This document shows, piece by piece, positions 15,483-24,396 of a stretch of DNA of 64,000 nt. This DNA comes from an uncultured Alphaproteobacteria bacterium. Its GTDB lineage: Bacteria; Pseudomonadota; Alphaproteobacteria; HIMB59; GCA-002718135. The stretch covers positions 115,761-179,760 of the forward strand of contig CACKRG010000002.1 of NCBI GenBank assembly GCA_902602515.1, written 5' to 3'. The position numbers and the translations under genes are program-made. The number at the start of each line of letters is the position of its first letter. Position 1 is the stretch's first letter. The notes beneath the pieces were generated by a model, which was not told the origin of the DNA, ran no database searches, and saw only the letters and a list, made by a program, of their open reading frames with translations.

Positions 15483-16958
15483 TTATTTTAGTTCACTTTT
15501 AATAATATTCTCAACAACTTTAGCTGAAGAAAGTACTCCTGGTATTCCTGCTCCTGGGTGCGCTCCAGCTGCAGAAAAATATAAATTTTTAATTTTTTTA
15601 TCCTTGTTATGGTATCTAAACCATGCAGATTGAGTAAATATAGGAGCAATAGAAAAACCGGCTCCATGCATTGAGTTATAATCATTTTTAAAATCATTTG
15701 GATTCATCCAAAAAACATCAGTAATTGTATCTTCAAGATTAGGCATAATTGTTTTAGATAATTCACTCACTATTCTATTTTTGAGATTTTCAGATTCTTC
15801 TGACCAATTAACTTTACCTTGAAGATTTGGAACAGGGCAGAGAACATAAAAACTATCACAGCCATCAGGCGCAAACGATTTATCAGTTGCAGTAGGGCGA
15901 TGAATATAAAGAGAAAAGTCTTTAGACAAAATTTTATTTTTAAAAATATCATTTAATAAAGACTTAAATCTTTCTGTCATCCAAATTGTATGGTGAGCAA
16001 CGTCTTCATATTTTTTTTTAGTACCAAAAAATAAAACAAATAGTCCCATAGAATATAGAAGGTTTTTCTCTTTTTTGAAAGGTCGTTTAAGATTGTAGTT
16101 TTTTAATAATTTTGAGTAAACCATAGGTGGATCTGCATTACAAACAACTAAATCAAAATCAGTCATAGTTTCTTTATTTGTTATAATTTTTGAAATCTTA
16201 TCATTTTCAACTATAAATTCTTTAACTTCAGTTTTAGTTTTAATCTCTATTCCACTTTCTATCATTAAGTTTTTTAATTCAGATACAATCTTACCGGTTC
16301 CACCCATACAAAAAAACACTCCCCATTTTCTCTCTAAATAATGTATTAACGCATATATCGATGTTGTAGTATGTGGATCACCACCTACTAAAAGAGGGTG
16401 AATGGAAAAAGCTTTTCTGAGATAATTATTTTTAAGATACTTATTAACTAATTGAGAAACAGTAAAATAGCTCTGTAAAATTAATAAATTGGGGATTACG
16501 CCAATCATTTTAAAAAATGAAATAAAAGGCTTGTCTGAGAGTTTGGTAAAACCTACATCAAAAATTTTTTTTGATACACTTAAGAGTTTATTATATCCTT
16601 CTATATCGCTGCTATCAAATTTACTAATTTGTTCATTGGTTTTTTCTACTGTGGAACAATAGTCAAAAGTTTTACCATCATGAAAGTAATATCTATACCA
16701 AGGTTCTAGTGGAACAAATTTTAAATAGTTTTCTCTTTTCTTGCCAAACAAGTTAAATAATTCATCAAAAAGAAAAGGGGCTGTAATAACTGTAGGTCCG
16801 GCGTCGTGTTTGTAACCATTTACTTCGAAAACTCTTGCCCTTCCACCTAAATCATCAAGCTTTTCTAAAATTGTTGTGTCATAACCTAATTTTTTAAGCC
16901 TAAGGCTAATTGCTATACCTCCAAAACCGCTTCCGATGACTATTGCTTTTTTATTCAT
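15483..16958 (-). CDS. crtI: Phytoene desaturase
   Basis: N-terminal VIGSGFGGIA...ILEK...GGRA FAD fold. 491 aa. C-terminal GAHPGAGIPGV. Confidence 0.9.
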   Translation of the reverse strand: MNKKAIVIGSGFGGIAISLRLKKLGYDTTILEKLDDLGGRARVFEVNGYKHDAGPTVITAPFLFDELFNLFGKKRENYLKFVPLEPWYRYYFHDGKTFDYCSTVEKTNEQISKFDSSDIEGYNKLLSVSKKIFDVGFTKLSDKPFISFFKMIGVIPNLLILQSYFTVSQLVNKYLKNNYLRKAFSIHPLLVGGDPHTTTSIYALIHYLERKWGVFFCMGGTGKIVSELKNLMIESGIEIKTKTEVKEFIVENDKISKIITNKETMTDFDLVVCNADPPMVYSKLLKNYNLKRPFKKEKNLLYSMGLFVLFFGTKKKYEDVAHHTIWMTERFKSLLNDIFKNKILSKDFSLYIHRPTATDKSFAPDGCDSFYVLCPVPNLQGKVNWSEESENLKNRIVSELSKTIMPNLEDTITDVFWMNPNDFKNDYNSMHGAGFSIAPIFTQSAWFRYHNKDKKIKNLYFSAAGAHPGAGIPGVLSSAKVVENIIKSELK

Positions 16959-17016
16959 TGTTAATTTACTATTTTTATTTAAATATCTTAATTTCTTATA
17001 ATTATAATACCTACTT

Positions 17017-17532
17017 ATGCTTTCAAAAACAGATTTATTAGAATTACTGAGAGAAAAAAGACTAGATTTTCAAATACATGAGCATGAACCTTTGTTTACT
17101 GTGGAAGACTCAGAAAATCTTAGGGGGCAAATTGAGGGGGCTCACACCAAAAATTTGTTTTTAAAAAATAAAAAAAATAATTTTTTTCTTTTTAGTTGTG
17201 ACGAAAATGCTAAAGTCGACATAAAACGCTTCTCAAAATCAATTGATGCTAAAAATTTGTCTTTTGCAAATCAAGAATATTTATTACAGCATTTAGGAAT
17301 AAAACCCGGTTCTGTATCTCCATTAGCTTTATTAAATGACAATGATCAAAACGTAGCTTTTTATTTGGATGAAAAGCTTTTTGAAAGTGAATTAATTAAT
17401 TTTCACCCCTTAATAAATACTTCCACTATTACAATTAAAACTAGTGACTTCATTAGTTTCCTTCTTGAAAATAATAAAAAAATTAATATTTTCTCATTAA
17501 AGAGTTATAGTATAACTAAAATTTATGAATGA
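17017..17532 (+). CDS. YbaK/ProX-type aminoacyl-tRNA editing-domain protein
   Basis: HEHEPLFTVE...HTKNLFLKNKK...GIKPGSVSPLAL...FHPLINTST pattern. Confidence 0.7.
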   Translation: MLSKTDLLELLREKRLDFQIHEHEPLFTVEDSENLRGQIEGAHTKNLFLKNKKNNFFLFSCDENAKVDIKRFSKSIDAKNLSFANQEYLLQHLGIKPGSVSPLALLNDNDQNVAFYLDEKLFESELINFHPLINTSTITIKTSDFISFLLENNKKINIFSLKSYSITKIYE

Positions 17533-18391
17533 TGATCAAAATATATTTGAAATAAACGAAGCTGAATTCAATGAAAAGGTAGTTGAGGCTAGTGACAATA
17601 AATTAATAGTTGTTGATTTTTGGGCGCCTTGGTGTGGACCTTGTAAACAATTAACACCATTATTAGAAAAAGTCATGAAAGACTTCCCCGATAAAGCTAC
17701 ATTGATAAAAATAAATATTGATGATAATCAGCAAATAGCAGCTCAATTAAGAATACAATCTATACCGACTGTTTATGCATTCAAAGATAGGCAAGTGGTT
17801 AATGCATTCCAAGGCGTTATCTCAGAAAAACAAATTCTTGAATTTTTAGAAAAAGGTTTAGGATCAAAATTAAATGAAGACTTTAATGAATTTTATGAAG
17901 AAATTAAGGTTGGAATTTCTGATGGCAAACTTGATGAAACAAAAGATTTACTTCTAGAATTCATATCAAATAATCCGCGTGAATTAAAAGCAATAAATTA
18001 TTATCTAGAATGCCTTATAGAATTAAAGCAGATCGACGAGGTAGAATCATTTATTGAATCTCTGGAAAAAGAAGTTCAAGAGAAAGAAGAAATAAAACAA
18101 ATAATAAAAAAAATTGAAATTATAAAAAATAATATGTCAGGACCTAACATTGATGATTTAGTTAAGAAATTAAGAGATAAACCAGAAGATATAAATTTGA
18201 TTATTGAAGTTGCAGATAAATACTTTTCAATGCAAAATTATAAAGACTGTATGGATTTATTGATTACTAATTATCCTAAAAATAAAAACAAGGTTAAAGA
18301 AAAAATGGTTGAATATTTTAGTGTTTTAGGAAACTCTAACGAACACACTATTAAATATAGAAAAAAACTCTCACAAATAATTTTTTCTTAA
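17525..18391 (+). CDS. Thioredoxin-domain co-chaperone (YbbN/CnoX-like)
   Basis: WAPWCGPCK active site plus a C-terminal helical repeat region. Confidence 0.8.
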   Translation: MNDDQNIFEINEAEFNEKVVEASDNKLIVVDFWAPWCGPCKQLTPLLEKVMKDFPDKATLIKINIDDNQQIAAQLRIQSIPTVYAFKDRQVVNAFQGVISEKQILEFLEKGLGSKLNEDFNEFYEEIKVGISDGKLDETKDLLLEFISNNPRELKAINYYLECLIELKQIDEVESFIESLEKEVQEKEEIKQIIKKIEIIKNNMSGPNIDDLVKKLRDKPEDINLIIEVADKYFSMQNYKDCMDLLITNYPKNKNKVKEKMVEYFSVLGNSNEHTIKYRKKLSQIIFS

Positions 18392-18392
18392 G

Positions 18393-18986
18393 ATGGAATT
18401 ACCTATTTTCCCACTAAATGGTGCAGTATTATTTCCTGGAACAAGCCTTCCATTAAATATTTTTGAGCAAAGATATCTTGATATGATTAATTATTCCTTA
18501 GCCAGAGAAAGATTAATTGGAATGATACAAACAAATGAAAATGGTGAACTATACAATATTGGTTGTGTTGGAAAAATTCATAGTTTTAATGAGACTAATG
18601 ATGGAAGATATTTGATTAGTTTGCAAGGAATAAATTGTTTTAAAATTGTTAATGAGTTAGAGCCTTCTTTTGCTTTTAGGTTAGTTAAAGTAGAAAATAT
18701 TGAAAATTATGATGACAAAAATAACTTTATTGAAAATCAAAAAGGTAATTTATTAAAAAAATATAATGAATATATTAAAATTAAGAATATCAATTTAAAT
18801 CTCCAGGAAATTGATGAAATTGAAATGGCACAACTAATAAAATTTATTGCGATGGTTTCACCTTTTAATAATATAGATAAACAGGCTTTGCTTGAAGCAA
18901 AAAGTTCAATCGAATTTTATAATAAGTTAAAATCTATAATTGAATTAGAAATTGCAGGAAATTTTCAAAACAATACAATTAATTAA
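18393..18986 (+). CDS. LON N-terminal (substrate-binding) domain protein
   Basis: LPIFPLNGAVLFPGTSLPLNIFEQRY signature. Confidence 0.8.
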   Translation: MELPIFPLNGAVLFPGTSLPLNIFEQRYLDMINYSLARERLIGMIQTNENGELYNIGCVGKIHSFNETNDGRYLISLQGINCFKIVNELEPSFAFRLVKVENIENYDDKNNFIENQKGNLLKKYNEYIKIKNINLNLQEIDEIEMAQLIKFIAMVSPFNNIDKQALLEAKSSIEFYNKLKSIIELEIAGNFQNNTIN

Positions 18987-20160
18987 TTCCCATTGCAAAA
19001 TCACTAATTAAATTATTAATTTTTTTATTTTTTTGAAAGAGTTCTAAACCGAATGATCTACATAATGAAATAAAAAAATTTTGATTTGTGAATATGCTAT
19101 CTAGTTTATCTGTAAGTTGATAAAGTCTATAAGCACTATAATAATTTTCATTATGATATTCCTTACAGAATGAATTGTTACCAAGTTCTATTCCAATAGA
19201 TTTATATTTCTTTGCTAAATTAAAGAGATTTTCAACACCTTTCATACCCAAATTCCATCCTTGACCAGCAATTGGATGAAATGAATGAGCTGCATCTCCT
19301 ATATATATTGTTCGATTTTCGTAAAAGCTCGAGCTAAGATGTGCGCTAAGTGGAAATAATTGTTTTGTAACTATTTTATTAATTTTTCCAACAGAGCCTC
19401 TAGTTTCTTTACCTAAAATTAATTGTAAGCTTTTATTATCAATATCAAATAATTTTTCTAAATAGTCTCTATTATTTGTCCAAACGATAGAACTTCTAAA
19501 GTTATTATCTAATTCTTGCATTGGCAAAATAGCAAGAGGCCCATTTTTATAAAAAAATTCAAACGCAGTACTTAAATGACTTTTAGAATGAGTAAATGTG
19601 GTTACAAAAGCAGATTTATTATAGTTTTTTACAAATATTGGTGTTTTAAGTTTTTTTCTTACAAAGCTTTTTTTTCCATCAGCAGCAACATTTATATCTG
19701 AAACAACAGAACAGTTATTTAAATTAGTTACTATTGTGTCTTTATATATTCTAAAGCTCTCTGGTTGAGAGTTATTTAAAATTAAAACGTTTCTATTATT
19801 TTTTAGTTTTTTATATAAAATATATAGGAGGTCTGTATTTTTAACTATGTAGCCTAAATTTGATTTTCTTCTTTTGTTATCAAACTCTAAAAAATTTGAT
19901 AACTTTCTGTCAATTACTTTAATTCTTTTTATTGGTTCTGCAAAACTTCTAATATCTGACCATAAATTAAGTTTTTCAAGAAAGGTCTTGGTTCCCTCAG
20001 ATATTGCGATAGTCCTATAATCTTTATGTTTTTTTGGGTTAAACTGATCATTTTTTTCTAAAATAGTTATTTTGAAGTCTAGTTTAGATAATGAATAGGC
20101 AGTAATAGCACCTATTAAGCCTCCGCCTATTATGTTTATATTGGAAGTTATTTCTTTCAT
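18979..20160 (-). CDS. UbiH/UbiF/Coq6-family FAD-dependent ubiquinone hydroxylase
   Basis: IIGGGLIGA N-terminus and GDAAHSFHPIAGQGWNLG motif. Confidence 0.8.
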   Translation of the reverse strand: MKEITSNINIIGGGLIGAITAYSLSKLDFKITILEKNDQFNPKKHKDYRTIAISEGTKTFLEKLNLWSDIRSFAEPIKRIKVIDRKLSNFLEFDNKRRKSNLGYIVKNTDLLYILYKKLKNNRNVLILNNSQPESFRIYKDTIVTNLNNCSVVSDINVAADGKKSFVRKKLKTPIFVKNYNKSAFVTTFTHSKSHLSTAFEFFYKNGPLAILPMQELDNNFRSSIVWTNNRDYLEKLFDIDNKSLQLILGKETRGSVGKINKIVTKQLFPLSAHLSSSFYENRTIYIGDAAHSFHPIAGQGWNLGMKGVENLFNLAKKYKSIGIELGNNSFCKEYHNENYYSAYRLYQLTDKLDSIFTNQNFFISLCRSFGLELFQKNKKINNLISDFAMGIN

Positions 20161-20207
20161 AATTTTCTTCGAATTACCATAATCTAAATGTATTACAATC
20201 TAACTAT

Positions 20208-22451
20208 ATGTTCAAGTATGGTTCATTTAAATTATTTTTAATAAAGTTTATATTAGGCTCGATATTAACATTATTTTCTATTTTATATATTGGAAGCATA
20301 ATATCATATGATCAAAATGATCCAGGTTTTCAAACTTTTACATATGGTTCAGCAGAAACAACGATCGCTAATTATTTTGGTATTTTTGGATCATATTTAT
20401 CAAGCTATTCTATAATTATTATAGGTGATCTCTCTATTATATTTGCTATTTTTATATTTGTTGAAGGTTTAAAAATATTATGTGGAGTGAAATTTCCATT
20501 ATTATTTTTAAGATTTGTTGCAAATCTAATTGGGATTTTATTAAGTGGAATTTTTATATATTTATATAGTTCATTTTCATTTAATGCAGGAATATTAACG
20601 ATATTTATTTCTGATTTAGTAACAGACAATATTTACAAAAGTATTACAAATGAATTATTAATTTATTTAAGTAATTTAATTATATTTTTAGTAGGGGTTG
20701 TATTAATAGCCTTATCCTTTTCAATAAAATATAATTTTATTAAAAAATTGTTTTCATTCGTTAAGGTTTTGAGGTTTTTGAAATATGTGAATATTTTGTA
20801 TCCTTTATTGAGCTTACAAAGATTAAAAAATAAAAAACAATATAAACAAGAAAAAGTAAAAAATGAGCCCACAATTAAAAAAAATGGATTTTTTACAAAG
20901 AAAAGTAGCTTTGTTTCAAAACCTCAAAATGAAAAAAAATTAGAAAGTGATAAATTCAAGTTTACACTTCCAAGTAAAGACTTTTTGAAAAAACCTTCAT
21001 ATGTAAACAATTTAAATAAAGAAGTTTCAAAAATTAATAATGAACTTGCAAATAAATTAGAAAGAACACTTTCAGAATATGGCGTTGAAGGAAAAGTAAC
21101 TGGTTTTAAGACTGGACCTATTGTTACTCTTTTCGAGTTTGTTCCAAATGCTGGAATAAAATCTAGTAAAATTATAGGTTTGTCTGAAGATATAGCGAGA
21201 GCAATGTCATCACTGTCAGCACGTATTTCATCTCAACCTGGAAAAACTAGCATGGGTATTGAAATACCAAATCAAAAAAGAGAGGGTGTTTTATTTGGAG
21301 ATTTAATAGAAGATGAAAGATATAATTTAGATGAGAGCGCACTTACTTTAGCTCTAGGAAAAGATATCTCGGGTGAAAAAGTGTTTGCTGATCTTGAAAA
21401 GATGCCACATTTATTAATTGCAGGAACCACAGGATCAGGAAAATCAGTTGGGATTAATACAATGATATTAAGTTTGTTGTATAAGTTTAAACCTAATGAA
21501 TGCAAATTAATTTTAATCGATCCTAAAATGCTTGAATTAAGTATTTATGAAGATATTCCGCATTTATTAACTCCTGTTGTAACCAATCCAAACAAGGCTG
21601 TTTTCGCTTTAAAATGGGTTGTAAGAGAAATGGAAAATAGATATAAATTAATGAGTTCTGTTAATGTAAAAAATATAACCTCTTACAACAATAAAGTTAT
21701 AAGAACCATTTCTTCTGGCAGAAAATTATTCAGGGAAGTTCAAACTGGTATTGATCAAGATACAAAGATGCCAATAATTGAAAAAAGAGAGATTAAGTTA
21801 GATAGAATGCCTTTTATAGTTGTGGTAATTGACGAAATGGCAGATTTAATGATGGTTGCAGGTAAAGAAGTGGAGTCATTAGTTCAAAGACTTGCACAGA
21901 TGGCCAGGGCCTCTGGAATTCATTTAATAACAGCAACTCAAAGACCTAGCGTAGATGTTATTACTGGTACAATAAAAGCGAACTTTCCTAGTAGAATAAG
22001 TTATAAAGTAGCCAGTAAGTTTGACAGTAGAACAATCTTAAATGAAATGGGTGCCGAACAACTACTTGGAAGTGGTGATATGTTATTATTAGAAAATGGA
22101 GCAAACATAAAAAGACTTCATGGTGGTTTTATATCTGAGGCTGAGGTAGAAAAAGTTGTAGAATCAATTAAAAAACAAGCTACGTTCGATTATAAAAACG
22201 AAATTTCTTTAGAGGATATTCATTCAAATAACAAAACTTTTGGTGATGATTTGGTATCAGAAAATACCGATGAATTATATAATAAGGCTGTAGATATTAT
22301 TATTAAACAACAGAAAGTTTCAACTAGTTATGTTCAAAGATATCTTCAAATCGGTTATAATCGCGCAGCAAGAATAATTGAAAAAATGGAAGAGGATGGA
22401 ATTATTTCTGAAGCAAACAATGCGGGCAAAAGACATGTACTTAAAAAATAA
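20208..22451 (+). CDS. ftsK: DNA translocase FtsK
   Basis: N-terminal transmembrane helices, linker, motor domain with Walker A (GTTGSGKSV), and a C-terminal gamma winged-helix domain (QRYLQIGYNRAARIIE). Confidence 0.93.
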   Translation: MFKYGSFKLFLIKFILGSILTLFSILYIGSIISYDQNDPGFQTFTYGSAETTIANYFGIFGSYLSSYSIIIIGDLSIIFAIFIFVEGLKILCGVKFPLLFLRFVANLIGILLSGIFIYLYSSFSFNAGILTIFISDLVTDNIYKSITNELLIYLSNLIIFLVGVVLIALSFSIKYNFIKKLFSFVKVLRFLKYVNILYPLLSLQRLKNKKQYKQEKVKNEPTIKKNGFFTKKSSFVSKPQNEKKLESDKFKFTLPSKDFLKKPSYVNNLNKEVSKINNELANKLERTLSEYGVEGKVTGFKTGPIVTLFEFVPNAGIKSSKIIGLSEDIARAMSSLSARISSQPGKTSMGIEIPNQKREGVLFGDLIEDERYNLDESALTLALGKDISGEKVFADLEKMPHLLIAGTTGSGKSVGINTMILSLLYKFKPNECKLILIDPKMLELSIYEDIPHLLTPVVTNPNKAVFALKWVVREMENRYKLMSSVNVKNITSYNNKVIRTISSGRKLFREVQTGIDQDTKMPIIEKREIKLDRMPFIVVVIDEMADLMMVAGKEVESLVQRLAQMARASGIHLITATQRPSVDVITGTIKANFPSRISYKVASKFDSRTILNEMGAEQLLGSGDMLLLENGANIKRLHGGFISEAEVEKVVESIKKQATFDYKNEISLEDIHSNNKTFGDDLVSENTDELYNKAVDIIIKQQKVSTSYVQRYLQIGYNRAARIIEKMEEDGIISEANNAGKRHVLKK

Positions 22452-23025
22452 AGTAACATTTCTAGCATTAATTTTTTTTTTTTCGGAATTTGTATATGCT
22501 CAAAGTGATTCTGATTACAAGATAAAAGATTATTTAGAAAATCTTAAATTTTTTTCTGCATCTTTTCTACAAGAGGAGAATAACTCATTAAGTAATGGTA
22601 AGTTATTTATTGGAAACGACAGAATAAGAGTAGAGTATGAAAATCCCACGGAGATTTTGATAATTTTTAGTAGTGATAAAGCAATGTATTATGACTATGA
22701 ACTCGAGGAGATTGAATTTTTCAATCCCAAAAGCACAATGGCTTGGTTCTTTTATGATATTTTTAATAATCCAAACTTTATACAAAACTCAAATAGAGTA
22801 ATTTCCGAAAATTATGTTATTTTTGAAAAATATGGATCAAATGAATTCGGAGATTATGTTGTTAAAATATTTTTTGAAGATAAGCCACTTGTGATTAGAA
22901 AGATTGTTTTAATTTCAGAAAGTGTATCTTTAAACATTTCTATCTTTGATCATATTTATAATGAGAAATTTAACAAAAATTTTTTTAAACTGATAAATCC
23001 TACTTTTTTTGATGAAGGTAAATAG
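22435..23025 (+). CDS. lolA: Outer-membrane lipoprotein carrier LolA
   Basis: The track ORF starts at 22378 inside ftsK. The Met at 22435 gives a signal peptide, MYLKNKVTFLALIFFFSEFVYA|QSD. LolA-like pattern (GKLFIGNDRIRVEY) and conserved ftsK-lolA synteny. Confidence 0.7.
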   Translation: MYLKNKVTFLALIFFFSEFVYAQSDSDYKIKDYLENLKFFSASFLQEENNSLSNGKLFIGNDRIRVEYENPTEILIIFSSDKAMYYDYELEEIEFFNPKSTMAWFFYDIFNNPNFIQNSNRVISENYVIFEKYGSNEFGDYVVKIFFEDKPLVIRKIVLISESVSLNISIFDHIYNEKFNKNFFKLINPTFFDEGK

Positions 23026-23608
23026 AAATATTATCGTTCTTTGATCTAATTACAAGAGATGTATTAATTTTATTTAATTTTTTTCTTATTCTTGTGAGAT
23101 GACTTTCTAAAGAATTAGTTTCAATAGAAGATTTTATTTTAAGTATGTTTTGTTTAATATGCTCTTTACTACAAAATCTATTGTTAATTAAATATATAAT
23201 AATTTGATCTTCAATATCTGTAAGAGAACAATGAGCATTAGTGTGCTTATTAAATAATTTTTTGTCTAAAATGTATATGTCTTCAAAATCTATTTTTTTA
23301 TTAGACAAAAACTTATCAATATATGATCTTATTTTTTTTGGATAAATTGGTTTTTTTAAATAAATTAAATTTAATTTAGAAAAATTTATATCATCTTGTG
23401 TGTTAGTTATTAAAAGATCATTTTCTGTAAGATGGTTAATTTGACCAAACTTAGTTTTGGTATTGATAAAAAAAACAATACTTACATTTTCTTTTCTTTT
23501 ATTTTTTAACTCAATTAAATTTTTATATTGAATATTATAGTTTGGGAGCATTTGGTTTATGAAACCATGGTGTTCTAAATTCGAATATATTACTAGATCG
23601 CGTTTCAA
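23000..23608 (-). CDS. OmpR-type winged-helix regulator with a degenerate receiver domain
   Basis: C-terminus has a trans_reg_C-like pattern (LTDIEDQIIIYL...ESHLTRIRKKL). The N-terminal receiver has YS at the DD position and N at the phospho-Asp position (VFFINTK); the KP motif is kept. The 3' end overlaps convergent lolA by 26 nt. Confidence 0.5.
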   Translation of the reverse strand: MKRDLVIYSNLEHHGFINQMLPNYNIQYKNLIELKNKRKENVSIVFFINTKTKFGQINHLTENDLLITNTQDDINFSKLNLIYLKKPIYPKKIRSYIDKFLSNKKIDFEDIYILDKKLFNKHTNAHCSLTDIEDQIIIYLINNRFCSKEHIKQNILKIKSSIETNSLESHLTRIRKKLNKINTSLVIRSKNDNISIYLHQKK

Positions 23609-24270
23609 TTTCTTTTTCCAAATAAAATAGTTCCCAAGCGTATATAAGTTGGGTCAAAACAAATCGCATCTTCAAAATCATTACTCATACCAATACTAAG
23701 CTCTTTAACATTGTTTAACTTTGCTAATGACCTTAGTTGCTTAAAATGAATTTTGGGATCTTCTTCAATAGGAGGAATGCACATAAGTCCTGTTACATTT
23801 AAACCCATGTCCTTTTGACAAAAGTTCATAAATTCTTTTAATTCATTTGGATAAATTCCACTTTTGTTTGCTTCTTTACCAGTGTTTACCTGAATCAGAA
23901 TTTTTTTATTTAAAAGATTGTTTTTATATTTTGCAAGTTCCTTAGCTATTTTTTCTCTATCGAGCGTGTGGAACACATCAAACAGTTTAGATGCTAGTTT
24001 AACTTTATTTGATTGAAGGGGGCCTGTTAGGTGAAGCTTAATGTCGGGGTTTTGCTCTTTAATATCACTAAATTTATCTCGTGCCTCTATCACTCTATTT
24101 TCCCCAAACACATATACTCCGTGTTTAATTGCCTGTAGCACTTTTTCTTGGGGGTGATTTTTAGAAACAGCTACAATATTAGAAAAAACCTCATTTTTTT
24201 TTAATAATTGCTGTATTTCCTTATATTTATTAATATTAAACATTCTTATATTGTTGCAAAAAAACAACAT
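23605..24270 (-). CDS. yggS: YggS-family pyridoxal-phosphate homeostasis protein
   Basis: AVSKNHP...FGENRV.EA...HLTGPLQSNKV motifs. The probable true start is the Met at 24243. Confidence 0.85.
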   Translation of the reverse strand: MLFFCNNIRMFNINKYKEIQQLLKKNEVFSNIVAVSKNHPQEKVLQAIKHGVYVFGENRVIEARDKFSDIKEQNPDIKLHLTGPLQSNKVKLASKLFDVFHTLDREKIAKELAKYKNNLLNKKILIQVNTGKEANKSGIYPNELKEFMNFCQKDMGLNVTGLMCIPPIEEDPKIHFKQLRSLAKLNNVKELSIGMSNDFEDAICFDPTYIRLGTILFGKRN

Positions 24271-24362
24271 AATTTAAAATAATTCCTATAATTCTATGCT
24301 TTTTTTGAAATTTAATCAATTTTTTTGTAAATGAGCCTTAATGTAGGTTTAGTTTCCTACAT

Positions 24363-24380
24363 TTAATGAATATTCATTAA
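24363..24380. promoter_or_regulatory. Perfect 18-bp palindrome TTAATGAATATTCATTAA in the porin leader (candidate operator)
   Basis: Read directly from the sequence. Lies immediately after an 8-bp-stem hairpin (AATGTAGG 24340-24347 / CCTACATT 24356-24363) and 6 nt before the AAAGGAG Shine-Dalgarno sequence of the porin gene. Confidence 0.45.
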
Positions 24381-24396
24381 CTCAAAAGGAGTAATT

